From Synechococcus sp. (lineage in GTDB: Bacteria; Cyanobacteriota; Cyanobacteriia; Thermostichales; PCC-7336): a stretch of DNA of 30,867 nt. Position numbers and translations under genes: made by a program. The DNA lies in the NCBI GenBank assembly GCA_051439605.1, contig JBFRWN010000018.1, positions 1 to 30,867 on the forward strand, given 5' to 3'. Numbering within the stretch: position 1 is the first letter of the stretch; each line of letters starts with the position of its first letter. Positions 27,424 through 30,867 of this stretch are shown in pieces. The notes below the pieces were generated by a model. The model had not been told where the DNA came from. It did not search any database and saw only the letters and a program-made list of their open reading frames with translations.

Positions 27424-27747
27424 CTAAAGCACTTCAATCAGTCCGAGGGCAAAAATGATTCCGGCGATCGCGCTGACAATTCCCATCAATCCAGCGGGCA
27501 TAAATTTGCCCGTTTTTTTGAGACGCATCAGAAAGACGGCACACAGGGAAATGGCACTTCCCAAGGCGATCGCTAACCCTCCCACCTGACTAGTTTGGCT
27601 AACGATATAGGCAATCACCAGCAGTGCTGCACTTACCAGCCCGCTCATCAGCGATACTTTACTCTTACTTTTGAGAAATCCAATTCCGCCACCGATGGCT
27701 ACAACAATGGCGTAGACCAAAATCCCTTTGAGGGCGATAGCAGTCAT
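27424..27747 (-). CDS. TMEM14-family small membrane protein
   Basis: YA..VAIGGGIGF.KSKSKVSLMSGL and R.KKTGKFMPAG motifs. Likely start ATG 27747 (the ORF extends to 27798). Confidence 0.9.
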   Translation of the reverse strand: MTAIALKGILVYAIVVAIGGGIGFLKSKSKVSLMSGLVSAALLVIAYIVSQTSQVGGLAIALGSAISLCAVFLMRLKKTGKFMPAGLMGIVSAIAGIIFALGLIEVL

Positions 27748-27932
27748 AACGGCAGTCTCGCAGGGGAACTCACACAACTGAGGCGATGGTAGCGCCATTG
27801 TCCGATCCTGGCTGCTGCTTTCGGGAGTGGAACGCAGTTTTGCGACGGTACAGGATATCCTCTACCCAAAAATTATCGTTTCGGAATTGGTAACTGAGAC
27901 CTTCTACCCCGTTGACTCCTCCACAGTGAAGA

Positions 27933-28027
27933 TATAGCGACCGTCGAGTCGCTTAGGACATTTCAGCTACCCAGCGCTCTGACTCGGTATCGACTTTTCT
28001 GTCTTAACTGAAATGGTCCCAGCTATA
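27933..28027 (-). mobile_element. 95-bp MITE-like dispersed repeat, copy 3 (inverted, more diverged)
   Basis: The reverse complement aligns without gaps to copies 1 and 2. TAGCTGAAATGTCCTAAGCGACTCGACGGTCGCTATA is nearly identical to their right halves. TATA at both ends. Confidence 0.82.
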
Positions 28028-28045
28028 AGAACTAGGAGTTATGCA

Positions 28046-28999
28046 ATGGGTCGTCAGCGATCGGTCAAATGGGTAGGGACGCTAGGAGCACTACTGGGCA
28101 CTGCTTGGATAGCCAGTTGTGGAGTTTCAAGTCTCCAGACAGATGAAAGTGGCCCTAGCAAACTTCAGCAGATGAATGCAGGGCTCAGCCAAACCCCGTT
28201 TCTAAGTGAGGGGGGAGCGATTGCGGCAGATACAGCAGCGCCCCTGACTGAAGTTCAAAGGGCTATGGGGAGTAACTCAACGATCGCCCCCAACCGGCCG
28301 CAACTGATTCGTCGAGCCTCCATGAGCTTAGTGGTGGATTCGGTGGATGATGCCTTAGCCGCAATCTCCGGGCTATTGGGTCAGTTCGATGGGGACCTAC
28401 TGTCGCTGAACGAATCCACCCCGAATTTCGATGGCGATCGCCATGCTGCCCACTTGCAATTGCAAGTCCCGCAAGCACAACTGGATGCCGCCCTCGACGA
28501 ACTCAGTCAGTTGGGAACTTTACAGTCCCAGAGCATCACGGCAGAGGATGTCTCCACTCAGATGGTGGATTACGATGCCCGCTTGCGTAACCTGCGCCAG
28601 GGCGAAGAGGCGGTGCTGGCACTGTTCGATCGCTCGGGCCGCCTCAGCGATGTTTTAGAGGTCACCCGCGAGCTGGGGACGATTCGCCAACAAATCGAAC
28701 AAACTGAAGCTCGCCTGACCCACCTGCAGAATCAGGTGACGTACTCGCAAATCTCCGTAACTCTAGAGACAAAACTGGCGGCAGTCCCCCGCGACCGGTC
28801 GTTAACCACTCAGCTTCACGAGGCGTGGCAGCAATCCACCCACTCGTTGGGAGTGCTCACCATCAGCCTGCTTGAAGGGGGCATCTGGTTCGTGGTTTAC
28901 AGTCCTTACTGGATTGCGATCGGCAGTGGAGCAGCGATTTCTGTTGTCTATTTGAAAAGAAAGTGGAAACGCCCTCGCCAAGAATCAGCCCAGGGATAA
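28046..28999 (+). CDS. DUF4349-domain lipoprotein
   Basis: AGGAG RBS then ATG 28046, lipobox-like IASC, QLIRRASMSLVV, EDVS..VD.DARL.NL, L..QV.YS.I and a C-terminal TM helix. Confidence 0.87.
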   Translation: MGRQRSVKWVGTLGALLGTAWIASCGVSSLQTDESGPSKLQQMNAGLSQTPFLSEGGAIAADTAAPLTEVQRAMGSNSTIAPNRPQLIRRASMSLVVDSVDDALAAISGLLGQFDGDLLSLNESTPNFDGDRHAAHLQLQVPQAQLDAALDELSQLGTLQSQSITAEDVSTQMVDYDARLRNLRQGEEAVLALFDRSGRLSDVLEVTRELGTIRQQIEQTEARLTHLQNQVTYSQISVTLETKLAAVPRDRSLTTQLHEAWQQSTHSLGVLTISLLEGGIWFVVYSPYWIAIGSGAAISVVYLKRKWKRPRQESAQG

Positions 29000-29037
29000 G
29001 GTCTTGCCAAGATTGAAAAGAAGCTGGGTGCTTATCA

Positions 29038-29132
29038 TATAGCCTTTAACATTTTAGTTAGGACGTAAGTCCCTATGCCCCGCTATGGATTGGGATAGCT
29101 AAAATGCCCTCAGCGACTTGACGGTCGCTACA
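29038..29132 (+). mobile_element. 95-bp MITE-like dispersed repeat, copy 2
   Basis: TATAGCCTTTAACATTTTAGTTAGGACG...GCGACTTGACGGTCGCTACA, 83/95 identical to copy 1. Confidence 0.85.
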
Positions 29133-29198
29133 GACAGCTCCGGCTCTAAGTCCAATTTGCTAGCGTTGCAAGCTAACCAAAGTTTCAATCTAGCCAAA

Positions 29199-29762
29199 CT
29201 AAGGTTGTGGCTCCGCAGCAGCATCCCCTTCATCAGCCTCATCTCCATCGAGAGTCTCGGTATCCACAATCTCGACCAGCTCTACGGCAAAGTTCAGCTC
29301 CTCCCCGGCCAGAGGGGGATTGGCATCCAGCTTCACCGTTTCGTCGTCAAACTCGAGCACCTTGGCTGGGATGGGAGTCCCTCCCGGACCCGCCAAAAAT
29401 ACCGTCATGCCCACGACTAGTTCGCCATCCTCTTGCTCCGGGTCGCGAGGTAGATCCAATACAAGTTCGGGCCGTGGTTCTCCGTAGCCTTCTTCAGGAG
29501 TGAGGGTAAACTCTGTGGATTCCCCCTCCTGCAAGCCGGTCACGCCGCGATCGAACCCCGGAACAACTTCCCCAGCCCCCAGCGTGAACTCTAGTGGCTC
29601 TCGCCCTTCAGAGGAATCCGCCACGCTGCCATCCGATAGCTTGAGAGTGTAGTTCACCCGTACCAAATCCCCCGATTGAGCTTCTCGTGCATTCAGAGGG
29701 TTCTTACACCCCGCCAGCACCACTAACATCACAACTGACAGAAAAATTCCGATCCGACGCAT
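29199..29762 (-). CDS. FKBP-type peptidyl-prolyl isomerase (SlyD/FkpB-like) with lipoprotein signal
   Basis: Lipobox LAGC, V.VNYTL.L.DG...DSS..REPLEF.LG.G.VVPGF, PEEGYGE, insert-in-flap region, LDANPPLAGEELNF and an acidic tail. Confidence 0.9.
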   Translation of the reverse strand: MRRIGIFLSVVMLVVLAGCKNPLNAREAQSGDLVRVNYTLKLSDGSVADSSEGREPLEFTLGAGEVVPGFDRGVTGLQEGESTEFTLTPEEGYGEPRPELVLDLPRDPEQEDGELVVGMTVFLAGPGGTPIPAKVLEFDDETVKLDANPPLAGEELNFAVELVEIVDTETLDGDEADEGDAAAEPQP

Positions 29763-29820
29763 TGCGGCCTCAACACAAACAATATGGCCCCATCGTAAAC
29801 GGTGGTTACTCCGCTGACCA

Positions 29821-30705
29821 TTATCCCCGGCTGGCTAATACCCGCATTTGCTTCAGATAGTCGTCTTGCAGTTGAGCCAGCCCCAAAAACTGACCTGCGC
29901 ACGTAACTTTTAGCAGGTTGGGGTTGTGGGGGTCAGGATGGGGGAGTTTTTGGCCGCAGCACCAGCGGTGGGCTTCCTCCTTCTCAAGCTCTATTTCCCC
30001 CAGTTCTGCAAATGCCGCAGAGATCGGCTGCAGCATTGTTTCAGGATGGTCCGTTTCCAGTAGAGTCTGCAAAGCGATGCTATCCGCATCCACGAAAGGT
30101 CCGCTGCGGGTACGATGGAGGCGACTCATCAAGGCTCCCGTCCCTAGAAGGTGCCCTAGGTCGCGGGCGATCGCGCGAATGTAGGTCCCTGCTCCGCAAT
30201 CAATCTCTACATCCACCTCTGGGAAGTCTCCCCCCCGCCAAGCCAAAACAACAATGCGATCGATCTGAACACTGCGGGGCTCTAGCTGCAACGATTCTGC
30301 TGTTGCTCCCTCCCGCGCCAGTTCGTACAGTCGCTTGCCCTGACGACGAATAGCGCTGAACACGGGAGGAATTTGCTGGATGTTCCCCACAAAGTTGGCT
30401 AAGGCAGCCCGTACAGTGGCTTCATCTAGGGTTGGAACAGGTTGACGCGCCGTAATCTCTCCAGAGGAATCATCTGTAGTGCTGCTTTGCCCCAGCACGA
30501 ACGTTGCCCGATAGGACTTGCCCCCCGGCAAAAACTGCAGGTATCGGGTAGCGCGTCCAATCGCTACGGGTAACACCCCCGTAGCATCGGGATCGAGGGT
30601 GCCCCCATGCCCCACCTGGCGGGTGTGGAAAATGCGGCGCAATTTACCCACGCAGTCGTGGGAGGTCCAACCGGCGGGTTTATTTAAATTGAGAAATCCT
30701 TCCAT
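29821..30705 (-). CDS. truB: tRNA pseudouridine(55) synthase
   Basis: GFLNLNKPAGWTSHD, VGHGGTLDP.ATGVL, K.Y.A, Q.PP.FSA...GKRLYELAR and GTYIRAIARDLG. ATG 30705 (or TTG 30723). Confidence 0.97.
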   Translation of the reverse strand: MEGFLNLNKPAGWTSHDCVGKLRRIFHTRQVGHGGTLDPDATGVLPVAIGRATRYLQFLPGGKSYRATFVLGQSSTTDDSSGEITARQPVPTLDEATVRAALANFVGNIQQIPPVFSAIRRQGKRLYELAREGATAESLQLEPRSVQIDRIVVLAWRGGDFPEVDVEIDCGAGTYIRAIARDLGHLLGTGALMSRLHRTRSGPFVDADSIALQTLLETDHPETMLQPISAAFAELGEIELEKEEAHRWCCGQKLPHPDPHNPNLLKVTCAGQFLGLAQLQDDYLKQMRVLASRG

Positions 30706-30867
30706 GCTGGCTGGAGACTCCAAACACCCGTGCCATCATACTGACTTTTCCTGCTAAGTCCTCCAGGCTATAGAGGACAGGGTTTCTAGGCCATGTGTTC
30801 AGCCCTAGGTTAAAGTGACTCCAACAAGAACGAGCGATGGAGTAGAGGGATGGAGTCAGGCAATTGG

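Larger units (their letters stand above)
1701..30173. repeat. HIP1 octamer (GCGATCGC) dispersed throughout
   Basis: Many occurrences, e.g. 1701-1708, an overlapping pair at 1724-1737, and 27464-27471. Hallmark of many cyanobacterial genomes. Confidence 0.9.

Noticed and set aside
28013..28045. Upstream ATG for the DUF4349 gene
   Set aside because: It lies inside 95-bp repeat copy 3. The RBS and signal peptide fit ATG 28046.
27300..29132. CRISPR array interpretation of the repeats
   Set aside because: The repeats are 95 bp, dispersed, in mixed orientation and separated by whole genes, with no spacers or cas genes.
290..30757. Numerous short ORFs overlapping or antisense to the called genes (e.g. 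993..1403, 14176..14688, 24015..24518, 26226..26675)
   Set aside because: They are shadow ORFs of well-supported genes with no independent motifs.
30750..30867. Possible 3' end of a minus-strand gene at the window edge
   Set aside because: Too short to support and no recognisable motif.

Overview
Chromosomal window from a cyanobacterium: HIP1 octamers (GCGATCGC) are abundant and the housekeeping genes are cyanobacterial in type. In order it holds the 3' end and right terminus of an IS1-family element, two secreted hypothetical proteins, a small membrane protein, a secreted FAD-dependent oxidoreductase and a GT-C (ArnT/PMT-like) glycosyltransferase. Next come a sensor-less histidine kinase with a duplicated, partly degenerate H-box, divergent from an RpaA-like OmpR regulator, then a TPR protein, a Pro-rich secreted protein, cbiD-cobO-cobB, lpxC-fabZ-lpxA-lpxB and tRNA-Leu(CAA). 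The last third has a second GT-C paralogue, glsA, a membrane protein, nadC, a degenerate GH13 alpha-amylase, pyrR, an AI-2E transporter, a TMEM14 protein, a DUF4349 lipoprotein, an FKBP lipoprotein and truB. Three observations stand out. (1) The RpaA-like regulator naturally carries Glu at the phospho-acceptor Asp position, equivalent to the engineered phosphomimetic RpaA D53E, and sits head-to-head with the atypical kinase. (2) A family of exactly 95-bp intergenic MITE-like elements occurs as three full copies plus isolated ends, with a covarying internal stem. (3) The amylase ORF is intact but has lost domain B and its third catalytic Asp, making it a candidate pseudoenzyme. Family assignments come from motif recognition only; no database searches were run.
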